DNA of 64,000 nt. Origin: Bugula neritina. Lineage: Eukaryota; Animalia; Bryozoa. Below the pieces are notes generated by a model. That model did not search any database. It was given only the letters and a program-made list of their open reading frames with translations, and had not been told where the DNA came from. A program made the position numbers and the translations under genes. This document shows, piece by piece, positions 40,131 to 54,468 of this stretch (positions are counted from its first letter, which is position 1; each line of letters opens with the position of its first letter). The stretch lies in contig OZ037768.1 in NCBI GenBank assembly GCA_964035545.1, forward strand, positions 12,781,675 to 12,845,674, read 5' to 3'.

Positions 40131-41543
40131 AACATATAATTTTAATGTATAATAAGGTATCTGTTATATACTAGCTTAGTTCTGCGTGTCAACAGAGCAG
40201 ATTAAATTAAAGCTCCCTGCTGACCGTCACCTTTGCTCTGTACTCTGATACTTGTTAGATTTCTATAGGAACTCTTCAGTTGACTATACTGGGGAAAGAT
40301 AACTCCCTTCTAACACATGAGCCCGTGTTCTATTGTCTCCAGTTTTACAACTTGTGTATTTAGAGTTGTCCTCTACTGAACTTTTGCAGCTTTGGGCTAA
40401 TGTATAGCTGCTGGAAGAAGAACCTAGTTGACAGACTGACATTCGCTGGTATCTCCGCCTTCTTTGACAGACACTAGAGTGAGGAGCTTGTTTCTGCTGT
40501 CCAATCAGATAGAGTTCACTTCTACTCAAGACAAGCTACTTGCAGCATTCCCAAAGACTATGCAAGTTCGTCCGGTTACGTCACTGATGCGTATCTAGAT
40601 GATGAGAAAAGAGAAATAGTTGACACAGAGAATGGGTACTTCATACCCCTAGCAAGTGACGCTATAGCAAGTGATGACCTGTGTGGCGCTATGGTAGCAG
40701 CCTCTGGGACTAGGCATTGTACATTATCTGGTTATTTTTATTCAGAAAAGAACGAGTTGCTTTTTTTGTAGAACTGAGTTAGCGCTTATAACCTGTCTTT
40801 TGTACTTCATAATTCTTCAACCGATGTTCAATTTATTACTTGGTATATCTACTTCTGTAAGCATAATTATAATTATTTTTCAGTAAATGGCTTGTTTATA
40901 AAATATTAGCCATAAGATCGTATTGTCAATTATAAAAATCGGTTTTCGACAACCATTCGCTTCTTCCAGAAAATTTGAAGCTAAAATTATTTTTACCAAA
41001 TTTTGCCATAATCTCAATATAATTAAGTGAATAAATATTAACTGAAACAGCAGAACCTGTTTTGTTATGTATTAAATAAGCATGTATTTGTCTTCATATT
41101 TCACTGTCACAGTCGAAGCTTCATAAGGTACAAGCAACTTCCATACTGCACATGTTTAGTAGGACGATGGCGTCACCCTCACCCAAGATCCGGGGCAGAA
41201 CTGACTGCTCTAAGGTTATTAGTTGAGTTGGAATATCACACATGATGGCTAAACGGAAGAATATTGTCCTAACAATAAGAAAGAGATTGGTTTTCTTAGA
41301 TCTTAGTTCCACTTGAATAGATTTATCAGCATTGCGGGCATTCAGCCACCTGCCCACAACTTGAGACCAGCATACTGGTGGATTTGAGGTAATATTTAGG
41401 AATCATTGCTATTTGTGTTTGAGACATATAAGACACACTCACTGAGCTCTAACTTGAAGGTGGTGCGCAACATATATTGAGAGAGAGAGCAATGTAGTCA
41501 AGGAAAGACAATTCCCTGCATACTCACTTACTATACTCTGTTA

Positions 41544-41874
41544 GCCTAGGGCCACACGGTGCGTATTTTCGCATGCGAAAATTGAAATCACAAGTAGCAA
41601 AGGTGTCCACTGTGCGCGTTGAGAAAACCTTCGCACTTGTCGCTCTGCGTTTTCAACGCAAGTGCGAATCGTCACTGTCGTCGTCACCTAATTGGCTGGT
41701 AGCTATTCAGCGAGCCCAATTTCTTTATTTAGTGCTATATTCCAGTAAATTGCGTTTTATTGATTTAAAAATGAAAGCTTTATTTATCACGCATCACTGA
41801 CGCTACAGTGGACACCTTTGCTACGCGCGATTTTAATTTTCGCATGCGAAAATACGCACAGTGTGGCCCTAGGC
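41544..41874. mobile_element. PIF/Harbinger-type MITE
   Basis: ~70-bp imperfect TIRs starting GCCTAGGGCCACAC; TSD TTA. Confidence 0.88.
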
Positions 41875-44837
41875 TTACTATAAACAGCTGATCGTTGAGG
41901 GAGTTAATTCACTCAAATGCAAAACATGTTTTTCTGACACTCCATCTAGTTATTTGAGTAATTTCATCAACTTGATATTATTTTTTTATATAATTATGAA
42001 GAAAAGTGAACTCAGTGACCCCATTCCTGCAACTCAACACTTTAACTTGAAATATTCCAGAAATGTTCAAAACAAGTTGAGACACATGTTCCAGGGACTG
42101 ATTAGTAACCATTCAACTTATTTCCTCATAAAGAAAGTATTTCACCTTATGTAAGACTTACTTTGACACAAGAGTTCTATTATCTGTTAAATATTCTGTC
42201 CCTGCTGCAGCTATTTATATGGGAGTTGGTGAAAATTTATATACACTGTGTATATTACAAGCAGTTATGTATCTGCACTGCCTGCTCCATAGGCTACTCT
42301 CAGCATATAACTCATTTCTGTGTGGCAGTAAGAAAAGCTGAAATGCTTGTCCGTTGGTTAATATTTACCAGGTAGCTGACAAATTCTCATCACAAACATC
42401 AACAAAGAATGAGTAGTTTAGAATTTTTGAACGATCGTATAGATAAAAACCTCGTCTACTACACGGCAAGGTATGATGACGTTGAAGTGATTAATCACAG
42501 AGTAGTTGCAGCCCAATTGATAACACGGAACGTTCCGGAGTAATTAATTTGAAAAATGTACTACAAAATACTTATGTAACGATAAAATCATTAGATGCAT
42601 GAGCGTGACTTTGCCTGTACCTATGTGACAATATGTTGCAGAGGTAAGTATATAGTACAGATGCAGTAAGTACATCAACAGTGAGGGAATTATTCAGCTT
42701 GTTTTTACTCGGAGCAGTAAATTCCAGTGCAACACTGAACTATGTGTTTACTTGTGTTTAAAACCTAGAATCATGGACTGCTGATGAACATGCCTCCCTT
42801 ATTAGTTGAGAACTGAGACAATACAAGGTACTGAGGCTAAATATACATAACTGAGGCTATATTAGCTGTGAATGTAGGACTATATGTGTGTAGTGTTACA
42901 CTACTTGCCTTCTTTATTTGTGATCACTGAGTGATGTAGTGTCCAATTGCCATTTTCTAATTTTACAAAAATGTCTTATCTAAACTCGGTTACAATAAAA
43001 ACAGCTGCATTTTACTCGAAGGTAGTTTATAATAAGATATATACTACTACTTGTAATGACAGAACTCAGTTTACCACGATCTCATAGCTTCAGTTCCCAA
43101 ATACGTTTCCTCATGTCAATCTACATGCCTTCAGTTGCTGTGGAGTTTATCATCTTTCAACTACAGATTTAACACTGCAATATATGATGCCATCTCTAAT
43201 TCTATTCTTAATTATAACCAATCTATTCTTATAACAATAGTGGGAAAGCCGTGACGTCACCAGCTATTGCAGTAAACAAACAAGTTAATGTAGATGCACC
43301 AACAATAGCTATTAACTTATTTGTTAATCATCAAACAGTACGACTTGTTTACAATAGACTATAATTATATAGCAATGTCTGCCGCAGCTGCAATGTGATA
43401 GGCTATACGTCTGTCACGTGATAGGCTATCAGTCTGCAACATAAGAGACCAGGTGGTGGTCGTTTCATCAACCTGATCTGTTTACTAGAGAATGAATCAC
43501 TTGAATACTCTGTATTGTCTAAAGAGACACTCGGCTGTATTGTGATATAGTATAGAAGGGTTTAGTGCAGTTTCTTCAAATAGCTTAAGTTCCATTAAAA
43601 CTTTGGAACACATGGAGCTTCAAACTCAAGTCCTAGACCAAAAGTTATAACTCAAAATTCTACAACTTTGCATATAACTGAAAGAAATGATGAAACAGTA
43701 TCATTATATAGAAAATGTATAATTATATAGAAAGTGCATATGATATATATAGAAGCATAACATACAGATACATGACATAATTATAGGAAATATTCTTATA
43801 TATATGACCGTCAATATACTGCAAGTGTTTATAGCTGCTGTGTATGCTACACCAACATAACCAGTTTTAACCTTCTTCCAGTCTGCATTCATCTTGATGA
43901 GAAATTATATTGTTTGTATTATCTTTATTATATTATTTTTGAAAAATACAAGTTTTAAATAGAAAATGCAAGTAACTACCAGTTGCTACAGCACTGTATC
44001 AAATATTAGCATGTTCTGTATTATTTCAGTGAAAATGTTAACTTAGACAAAGTGATATTTAAGGAGTCTCAGAAACTTAGTCTATTTCATAGCCTGCGGT
44101 AATGTTATAGTAAGAGGGACTATCTGGTGGTGTTTTATAAAAGGGGGGGGGGTAAACAGCGTACCAATAATACTATTCAAGGTATAACAGAGCAGCACTG
44201 CGTCACTATTGAGTAGAGCAGCTGTTTACAAACTCTGCAAAATAGTCAACACAACATCCTGTTGAGAAGTAAATCACTTGTTTACTCTCCAAGTGCTGGT
44301 GTTTACTATTGCTATTCCATAGTATTGAGTCTTTGAAATTCAACTCTAGTTGACAATCACACAAATATTTTTCCAACTGATGAATAAAGGGGCACTTCGG
44401 TGCTGGGGTATCCCTTACCCCTTGATTGTTTCTCGTGTTGCATTAATACCTCTATTCTATTCGTAAGGCCATGCAACTTCAATACACTCGGTGATCTGTT
44501 GTTGTAATATACCCAGCCAATCACATTGACGAATCAAATGACCTAAGTTCTTGAGGCTATGCGGTAAATGTTTGAGCACTTAATAGGACACCCAATCAAT
44601 CAACTCAATTTGACGTATAATTTTAATAAGTTTTCGCAACAATAAAGTTCTAATTGGGGAATGTGATTGATGTCACTGGAGTAACTCGAGTTGTATATAA
44701 GTTATGGGAAGTCAACTTCGCTTCAATCTGTACTCTACTACAACGAATAGCAGCACGTTACTTTATTGCTTGTTGAAGCATTCCACATTTTCATTAAATA
44801 TTCAATTAACTTACTAGCGTGAACACTTGAGGAAAAC

Positions 44838-46479
44838 ATGGGGAACCTATCGGACAAAGATCACAGCGAACTAAGCTGTGGCAGCCATTTTGATTCAGAA
44901 GGTAACTTTGATACTATCGACAGAGACTTCAAGTATGAAGGGTTTTCTAAGGCTAGCAGACGCTCTCCACAAAACTCGCCAAATGTCAAGGCCAGGAAGA
45001 GCAGCCGGAGAAAGTCAATTGGCCGATCTCCTTCGGGGCGCAGGAGGGCGTCCTTCAAAGTCAAACAGTCAGTCAGAAACCGACTCGCCCGACAGAACTC
45101 CAGTGTGAAGAGCGTCGAGAGAAAGTCCAGCTCAGTGGCTCTCATCGCTGACATGGAGGTTAAGGTCGATGGGAAAGTTGCCAAGTAAGCAGACGTTATA
45201 CGCTTTCTATAGCAGTCTATGCTCTTTATAGATATTAAGTCTTATCCTGCTTTCTGAAAACATTTGCATGACTAATACTATAGTGAGATGGTTTTAGAAA
45301 AATCAGTTGGGGAATCAATCAACAATTTTAGTAATAATCTGCAAAAATCTGATCAAATCAATTTTGTGAGTAATTGCAACTGTTTTAGAAAAATATGTCG
45401 TATTTGAAATCATTATTCACTGTGAGTTTAAAATGAACCAATCATATGCATAGAATAATGTTGCATGTTATTACTATGCACTGCCCAAGTAATCTGTCAT
45501 ATACTTGTCATATATATGTCATATTCCTGACATTGTGCTGCAAATTGTCATAAATAAATCATGCCCTTCTTGCGCTAGTAACACCAAGTGCTGTCTGCAA
45601 GAATGTTGAAATGTTGCAGCCAAGGATCATAACTTATTTATGATCCATCATCTGGTTACTATATTTTTATTGCTATATTGAATTTATGTTTAAATTTGAA
45701 TTAAATTCAGCAATTTGAGTAGAATTTTCAAGCTGCCAGTCATGGCTCATAAATTCAATGATTCTAGGAATGTTACCAATCGGCATGTCATAATGAAGTT
45801 TCAAAGTTTGTAGCATGCTTCTAATTACTGTGTTTACTCCAGACTGGTGCTGAGGAACAGCGTGCTAAGAAGAAGAGCTCAGGCTACAAAAGCCGGACCA
45901 AACAGCAGTTCTGTTGAGTCACGGAAAGTGCCGGAAGCCGAGTCAGCAGCCAGCCCTCTGCGATCACCTCGAGAGAGAAAGCCTCGACACAACGTGCCAA
46001 AAGACTCGCTAAAAATCCACTCGGCGGAGCATCTGCGACAGTCGAGTTTAGAGAAGAGGGCGTCTTGTGAGGCAGCCAGTTCTCCCAGCAGCGTTCCAGT
46101 GGATCCAGTGACAGAAGAGAAACTTTCTGCTAAGTCAGTAGCCAATGAGCTGTCTTCACAGAGATTTCATGCAACACCAATAGCTAATCAGCTTCCTTCT
46201 AAATATTTTTATCCAAGTAACACTCCACTAAACCGCCTCAGTGATTTTGATGGCACCCACACATATAGAGATGATGCCGTACACAACTACACAAACAACA
46301 ACAATAATAACACTAAGAGAGAGTTTACCAAACCTACTAGAGTTGCTGAGAGTCGGTATATGTGTAGACTTAGTACCAACACTCCAGGCAATATTACTAG
46401 TAGACTCAGTACCAACACTTCAGACAATATTACTAGTAGACTTGGTAAACTGGTTGTTTCTCCCATCACAGATGTCTAA
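44838..46479 (+). CDS. Unknown Ser/Arg-rich low-complexity protein (exons 44838-45184 and 45843-46444/46479)
   Basis: Two GC-richer ORFs joined in frame by a phase-2 GT-AG intron. No recognisable domain; 3' end uncertain. Confidence 0.6.
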
Positions 46480-47405
46480 CCCTATTTTCTTTCATTGTTA
46501 TTTACATATACTATATATATTTATATATTATATATACATGTAAAGCACTATTTCTACGAGCTAGTCAAGCTACTCAGGTTCCATTGTATTATAAACGTTG
46601 TCATGTGACAATAACATTGCTTCACTTAGTCTTTCATCTGATATTATATTATATACTCAAATACTATTTCATTGTCTTCAATTTATTTAAATATAGTACC
46701 ATTTCCTTATAACATCTATATTTAAAGAAGTATTATGTGATGTAGAAGAGAAATATTACACAATAAAGTTACATACTATCTACTATATACTACGTAATAT
46801 ACTATAATATACTAGCATATTGAGCTAGCAGTGATGATTAACTCACTATACACTCATTGAGGTTATTAAGTCCATCAAAGGGCTGATTGTTCACTATATA
46901 CACAAACAGCAGAGCAATTGATAAAAGCTGACTTCCATCAACTAATTATAACCACCCTGATGTGGTAACATTGTCATCCTGTATTTAGAGAAACAATAAT
47001 AATTAATAGCAAATGACAAGCTGTGCCAGTAACACTAACACTTGTGGTTTAGTTAGTCACATTTTATTCACTGCATGACTAATACCGACTATGATATCAT
47101 CAATGTAGCATTAGTTCTAAAAAGTCTTCCAAGCTATGATGTGGCACTTGAGTTATGAAGATAAGAGCAGAGGCTATAACTTGACTTGCGGTCTCAAGTG
47201 AGACTTGGGATTGAATAGTATAGCCCAAAAAATCGATTTGTTAAAGTAAACAGCTGCAGTGTACAGAAGTTTATCCGTTGATGTTCTTTTCTGCAGGGAA
47301 ATTATGAGAGCTAAAAGTTAGAAAAAGACGAGGGCACATATAATATGTATAAGCTCATATGGTGCAAGTATAGTATATATAAGCAAATGTATAGGGGACA
47401 CATAT

Positions 47406-47550
<145 letters not shown>

Positions 47551-49336
47551 TCTCATTTTGGTTTGCAGTTGATTAGTAAATGATTCAAACCTGATGTTGG
47601 TTAGTAGGTTGTATATTTCAGTTTCAAAGTGGACTAATAAACCCCACCAAATCCAACATATAAAACACAAAACTCCTCCAGCATATAAAAGTCAACATAT
47701 GGAAAAACTCCCACTCAGTAATAAATTGGTTTGAAAACATCAAGAACAAAAGCAGTAAGTCATTTATTACTTTTGACATATGCAATTTCTACCCATCAAT
47801 AACCGAAGACCTCCTTTACAAAGCCCTTTCCTTTGCGTCACACTTTACCAGCATACCAACTGAACACCAGGAAATAATTTTACACTCTAAAAAGTCCATT
47901 CTTATCTCCAATGGTGAGCAATGGACAAAAAAACACGACAGTAATTTTGATGTCACTATGGGAAGTTATGACGGCGCCGAAACCTGCCAACTAATTGGAA
48001 TATATTTGCTTAATCTATTAACTACTGAAATGAATATAGAATGTAATTTAGGCCTGTATAGAGATGATGGACTCATAGTTTGCGAAGGAACACCTAGACA
48101 CATAGAACAGAACAAAAAACAAATTTGCAACTTTTTTAGAAAATTTAATCTCTCAATCACAATAGAAGCCAATAAGAAAGTTGTAAACTTTCTAGATGTA
48201 ACATTCAACTTGACTAACCAATCCTATAAACCCTATACAAAACCTGGAAACACTATCCTCTACGTTCACAAACAAAGCGACCACCCACCTGCAGTATTGA
48301 AAAACATACCAGAAAATATAAATAGAAGACTTAGCTCACTATCCTCCAATGAAGAAGAGTTTAAAACCACCATACAACCGTACCAAGAAGCACTATCAAA
48401 CAGTGGATATGACTATAAATTAAAATATAACCCGACACCTAAATCCAACAACAATAATAGAAATAGAAATAGAAACATATTGTGGTACAACCCACCTTTT
48501 AGTTCAACAGTAAAAACCAAAATAGGGAAGAAATTTCTTCAAATCATCGACAAATGCTTTCCACCATCCAACCAACTAAGTAAAATTTTCAATAGGAAAA
48601 CTATGAAAATTAGCTATTCATGCATGCCCAACATGAAAAATATTATTGATGGCTCGAACCATCACAAACTTAAAACCGCACACACCCCTACTACCGCTAC
48701 TAAACTAAATAACTCACGCAATGTAACTGCAAACAACCTTCCCACTGTCCACTAAATGGTAAATGCTTATACAAAGACGTAATATACCAAGCAACTGTAA
48801 CAAGACATGACAATAATTCCAGCCATTCATACATAGGACTCTGTTCGACTACCTTCAAAACCAGATTCAATAACCACAAAGCCTCTTTCCTACATGCAGA
48901 TAAAGCTAACAGCACGCAACTCAGCAGACACATCTGGAATTTAAAAGACAACAAAACGAAATTCAGCTTAAAATGGAATATTTTAAAGATTTGCAAATCA
49001 TACTCAAACCTAACCAATAGATGTAATTTATGCAACTATGAGAAGTATATAATTTTAAAACAACCGGAATTATCTTCCCTCAACAAACGAAAAGAGCTTT
49101 CCACCACGTGTAGACATAAACGCAAATTTTTACTTGCGCACTTAACAGACGCTAGTTAAAACATTCCAGCGTAGTAATACACTAACAATACTAATTTCAA
49201 AACAAAATCACTCAAGCGTACACACAACGACCTGATGATCGTAGCTCGCACTACGTGAAACAATATTGTAGTCAATAGAATGAAGATCTAAGTTTATTTT
49301 TCTATCCAAAATTGTATTAGTACCAAAAAAAAAAAA
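47551..49336 (+). mobile_element. 5'-truncated Penelope-like retroelement (RT plus C-terminal GIY-YIG) with an inverted 5' fragment
   Basis: FDI..FYPSI, MGSYDGAE, GLYRDDG, FLDV, then CNC..CPL..KCL, VIY..YIG and C..C..EK. Frameshift near 48710, stop at 49158. 47551-47640 encodes upstream PLE sequence on the minus strand. Confidence 0.9.
49229..49273 (+). ncRNA. Minimal type I hammerhead ribozyme (Penelope-associated)
   Basis: gac-CTGATGA-tcgtag(ctcgca)ctacgt-GAAA-caatattg-TA-gtc, with a palindromic stem III and GUA cleavage triplet. Confidence 0.82.
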
Positions 49337-49647
49337 ATATATATATATATATATTTATAATTATTATTCACAGAGAAAAACAGTAGACAGACTGAGCTTA
49401 TAATATTGTGCTACTAAAAGGGGGGGCTGCAGGGCTAAATGTCTATGTGTTTACGTAATTGAGTGTTCATGGGATTTCGGGCAGCAATGCATATAGCTAT
49501 GCTGATCTAAGTAGCCTACAAGCTGCTATGTCAACCTGTGTTTTGCTACATGGACTTACTACACTAAAACATTCATTAACTATAAGTCCAAATGCAATTA
49601 AACATATTATTCGCACTCAAAAAACATTTTTTCTTAAACATATACAT

Positions 49648-51331
49648 CAGTGGTTCCCAACCTTTTTTATACCATTTCCTCTTTTATAAATGTTGACTAT
49701 TAATTTCCCCCCTTTGGAAAGGTAAAAACTTAAGTTGTGACTGGCGGAATGATAATATAGGATACAGTGCAATATATTATATTTGAATATAATATAATTA
49801 TCATAATGGTTATATTATCGTTACTATTATGTTATATATACGTGGAAAACATGGAACTGCTCAATAAATAATGTTATGGCTGCAGCTGATGCTTTTGCAC
49901 CAGATGGCTTAAGTCTGCCTCTGTTTTTGACCAGGTCCATCTTAAGTCACTCTGCAGGTCAGGGCAGTTTCTCTTCTCTTCGACTTGATGATCGAATCCT
50001 ATTTCACACAGATAGGTGGTGCTGGATGGCACCAAAACTCTGCATTGTCAGCTATATGTGTGGGGAGAGAGTTTGCTTGTTAAAACCCAGAATGATTTTA
50101 AGTAAAAATGGCACAATTCCAGAGAAGTAGGTTATAAGAATGACACAGTAATGCTAAATTTTCCCAAATTCAAACCTGAAACTCTCCACCCCCAATTCTT
50201 AAAACTCAAACCCCTACTCTCAAACTTGAACCCCAAATTAAACCCCCTTCAAATACAGACCTAAAGTAATCACCTCGAACCCCACCACGAAACTTCAACT
50301 CCCCAATATTGAAAATGTGCCACTTTTACCTACTTTTCCATATGTGCTATTACTAATTATTACCTGAGGCTGTGGCAATACATCAATTAGAGAGGATTTC
50401 AAATCATTCTTCTTTGCTGGATTGTGAACCAATTCAATAAAATCCTCCTGTATTCCACTAGAATCTTTTAACAGGGTTTTGCCATGGGCAAAGTTGAGAC
50501 TCCAGCTTTTCCTTTTTGAGAGGTATTTTAGGGAAACACAGTTAAAACTCCATTAAGAGTTTAAAGAGATGCCCAGAAGCTTTTTGAAAAATGATCTAGA
50601 GCAGGTGGTGTCCGGTCAAAATTTTGAGGTAAAAATGTCACATGCAGCTAGTAATGGCACAAATAAAAGATTAAGTGAAAATGGTACATTTTCAATATTG
50701 GGATTGAAGATTTGGGGGTTTAGGAGGAAGGGGATTTGAATTTCGTTTTGGATTTGAGAACAGTTAACACCAGTGTGCCGTTTTCACCTGCTTTTCCATA
50801 TGCGCCATTTTTACCTATAATCGGAACATATTCTTCTCCTACAATATTTTTGATATAGACACCACAACTTTAGTGCAACTTTGAAAACTTTGATGCTGCT
50901 ATGAAAAGCAATGATATGATATTGAACTCCTGTACTTTTAGGTTCGGATTATTTAGTGTAGCTAATAATAATATTATATTCAATAACTATATGCAGTATA
51001 CAGTTCATAGTGATTGGCTTGCATAGCTGCTAAAAGTTGGCCTGTTGATTTTTGCAAATTTTTGACTTCTATCCAAAGTAGCATAAGGAGAAGTTACCGT
51101 AGACTGGTAGAGCCATTAATAAACACGTTCATGTAGAAGTGGAGATTGCAGAATATGGTTTAGTTAAATAGATCAAATAAGATGGATGTTTAAATAGAAA
51201 TACATGTACATGTAACTTGCAAGAGCTTGAAAAGTTTTCAAAAAACTACGTGGATTTTTTAAAGTCCAAATCCCCTCCATAAAACGCCCGAATTCCCCCT
51301 AGGGGGAATTCCCCCAGGTTGGGAACCTCTG
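49648..51331. mobile_element. Non-autonomous hAT (Charlie-like) transposon
   Basis: TIRs CAGTGGTTCCCAACCT / AGGTTGGGAACCTCTG; 8-bp TSD ATATACAT. Confidence 0.9.
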
Positions 51332-51754
51332 ATATACATTGATCAACATTAATAGCGTTATTTCCATTACAACGGGAAACATTAAAAAGCGGAAGCAGTT
51401 ACAATAATAGATCCGCACCAAATAATTCGTCCACGCTTTGAAAATACAAAATAAAAATCTAAAACTTTTAGATTTTTGTTTTGTATTTTAGTAAAAGGCT
51501 ACAAGTCAAACTGATTATTAAATATAGCGACTGTTAGCAATTCTGCAAGCCTTGCGTAGTTATATCGATACAGCAAATGTAATTGCTATCTCTATAAGTA
51601 TGTATAACTGGTAAATTACTACCTAGTAGTAGTAATTAGTTTTCTACTAGACTGAGACTACGTCGTCGTCTACGGGAACTCTAACAGTAACACCAACAGT
51701 AACTCTACAGTCTGAGTCTACTCTCACCTTCAGTATCAGTATGAGTATCTAGTA

Positions 51755-52130
51755 CGAGTAGTATTACTACGACTACTACTACTACTAGTAGTAGTAGTAG
51801 TACACTAGTAGTAGTAGTACTAGAGTAGTACTAGTAGTAGTACAGTAGTACTAGTAGTAGTACTAGTAAGAGTAAGACAGTAGTACTGTAGTAGTAGTAA
51901 TACTAGTACTGTAGTGTACTAGTAGTAGTACTACTACAAGTAGTGCCGCTGTTACTGCTACTAGTACTACTAATACTCACAGTCACTGTACTAATACAGT
52001 AATACTAATAGTAATAGTAATACTACTTTTACTGCTAATAGTAATACTAATAGTAATAGTAATACTACTAGTACTACGTCTACTACAAGACCAAGTAGTA
52101 GTGCTAGTAGCACTAGTAGAATACTAGTAC
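51755..52130. repeat. Degenerate (TAG/TAC)n low-complexity tract (continues at 54075-54200)
   Basis: Directly visible on both sides of the LINE. Confidence 0.85.
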
Positions 52131-54070
52131 TTACTTGACTTACTTGAAGATGCAATCACGTTAGACCACTATATTAGTGTAAGCGACGTGCCTCGTTTGG
52201 TGAACAGAATTATTAAATGTAGTTAATACTTTTATCGCATAAGTGCAGTTCTGTTTTAAGACTTTGGTGCCAGTACAGGGCCTTATGAGTCCTGTCTGTG
52301 AGCAGCATTTGATGTTATTTTCATATCACGTATTGTTCTGGGTAGGAAGCTGGCATGAAATAGTGAGGTGTTAGTTCTAAAAGTGGTGGGCATGCCATTT
52401 GACTGGGACCTGGTGGTAACTGATGTAGTGGGCTGATCGATGAGGTGTTCATACGACTTTGAGAGTGAAGGATGATATTCCTCTTTGGCCAGGATCCGCA
52501 TCAAGAGACTAAGTCGTAGGTCTTTGCGCCTGTTTTGCAGGGGGGTTAATCCAAGCCTAGATCTTGCCTCATCTGAGCCAACCCTGCCTTTAATACCTGC
52601 CACAAATCTCACAGCCTGCTCTTGCACTTGCTCAATATCTACTACAGCCTTCTTGGAGCTCGGGTCCCACACAGCAGCAGCATATTCTAGGTGAGGACGA
52701 CACAGGGCTTTGTATGCTATTAACTTCGCCTTTTCTGGTGCCCAATACAGTGCCCTTTTAATCATCCCGAGTTGTCGTTTTGCTGTGAGTAATTTCTGCT
52801 GGATATGCATGTCAAACTTCAGGTCTGATTGTATTGTGACACCAAGATACAACGCGTGGTCAACAACTGCGAGAGTCTGGCCTCCAAGTGAATAGTTATG
52901 TGTGAATTTTTTGTTACTAAAGATGATGATCTTGCTTTTTTTCACATTGAAAGACATACCCATCCTACATGCCCAGGAGTCCAAAGAGTTCAGGTTGTGC
53001 TGAAAACGGGCTGTGTCCTGCTGGCTTGTGATGGTCTGGTACATTAAGGTGTCGTCTGCAAATAGGGCGACTGGGCAATCTACCTCGTTTGGAAGGTCAT
53101 TGATAAATATCAGGAAAAGCACAGGCCCGAGAACTGATCCCTGAGGTACCCCTGACGAAACTGGGAGACTGCTTGACACCTTACCATTAAGTATCACCCG
53201 CTGGGACCTATCAGTAAGGAAGTTATGTATCCAGTGAAGTATATGTGTGTCAATTGTTCCGATCCTGGAGATTTTTTCCATTAGAAGTGCATGCGGCACT
53301 TTGTCAAAGGCTTTTGTGAAGTCAAGCACCGCAGCATGAGTGCTCAAGCCTTTATCTGCCGCACTGAGAATATCATGCATGGTGGCACAGAGTTGTGTCT
53401 CATATGATAGCCCTTTTCTAAAGCCGTGCTGTCTGCTGTGGAGGAAACCATCTATTTTCTCTAGTAAAATACCAAGAACAATGTGCTCTAGTAGCTTACA
53501 TGGAATGCTAGTTAGGGAGATTGGCCTATAGTTATTGGCAGAGCTCCTGTCACCACTCTTGAAGATAGGGGTGACATTGGCAGATTTCCAACTGTCAGGG
53601 AGTTCACCATGCTGTAGGGACTTGTTATAGATCTGGGTCAGGCATTCTGCAGTCAGATGTGTATCAATTGTAAGGTCAGCTTTACGTAGTTGGTCTGGCC
53701 CTGGAGCTTTCCCATTTTTAAGGCCTGCCAGTAGCTTCTTCACTCCCTCGATTTCAATATGGGTGGTGGGTTCATTAGCATGTGTCTTTGGTAGCTTTTG
53801 AAGCTGGTGTCCACTGTTGAATTGCTTGTGAAAGTGGTTATTTAGGATATCTGCACACTCCACGGCATCATCTGTGGACGAGTTGTTTGGCTTGGTTAGA
53901 CGAATGAGCTGTTTACTAGTTCGCGTACCCTTTAGGTGTTTGTAAAATGGTCTGCAGTTGCCTTCAGCCAGAGGTTTGCATATGCGTGACTCCAAATATG
54001 CCTTCTTGTGCTGTCGCATATTTTTCTTTGCCTGCTTTCTGTACTGCGCATATAACTTATGATCAAAAGG
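52129..54070 (-). mobile_element. 5'-truncated non-LTR retrotransposon (CR1/L2-like group) with an open RT region
   Basis: ORF 52283-54019 contains NYRPISLT, QHGFR, DF.KAFD, GVPQGSVLGP, LFADD and YLGV. Short 3' UTR and (AAGT)n-like tail. Confidence 0.9.
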
Positions 54071-54403
54071 GTGTTGGTGTTAGTGTTGCTGCTACTACTA
54101 CTACTACTACTATTACTAGGCTACTACTAGTACTAGTACTAATACTAGTAATACTACTAGTAATAATAGTATTAGTATTAATATTATAATTACTACTAAC
54201 CCACTTGAACTAAGCTTTAAATTTAATTCTACTATTTCAATTTGTAATAATAATATTTTATTTTTCGAAAATTATGATTTTATTTATTGTTTATAAATAT
54301 AAATAGCAGTCCGGTAATGAAGTATCATTACATGATGATGATAATTTTGATATGCTGTGATAATTGCTTAAAACTTGAATTATGTTAAATAACCCCCCCC
54401 CCC

Positions 54404-54468
54404 TCTGGAATTGAAACCCGAGACTTCTGGCTTGCAAGCAAGTGTGCTAACCATTACACCACGAGGAC
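54404..54468 (-). mobile_element. tRNA-derived SINE head or tRNA pseudogene
   Basis: GTCCTCGTGGTGTAATGGTTAGCAC...GGGTTTCAATTCC contains A and B boxes. Imperfect cloverleaf followed by a G-run. Confidence 0.55.

Noticed and set aside
54404-54468. Functional tRNA gene
   Set aside because: Acceptor and anticodon stems are imperfect and there is no proper 3' end; better explained as a SINE head.
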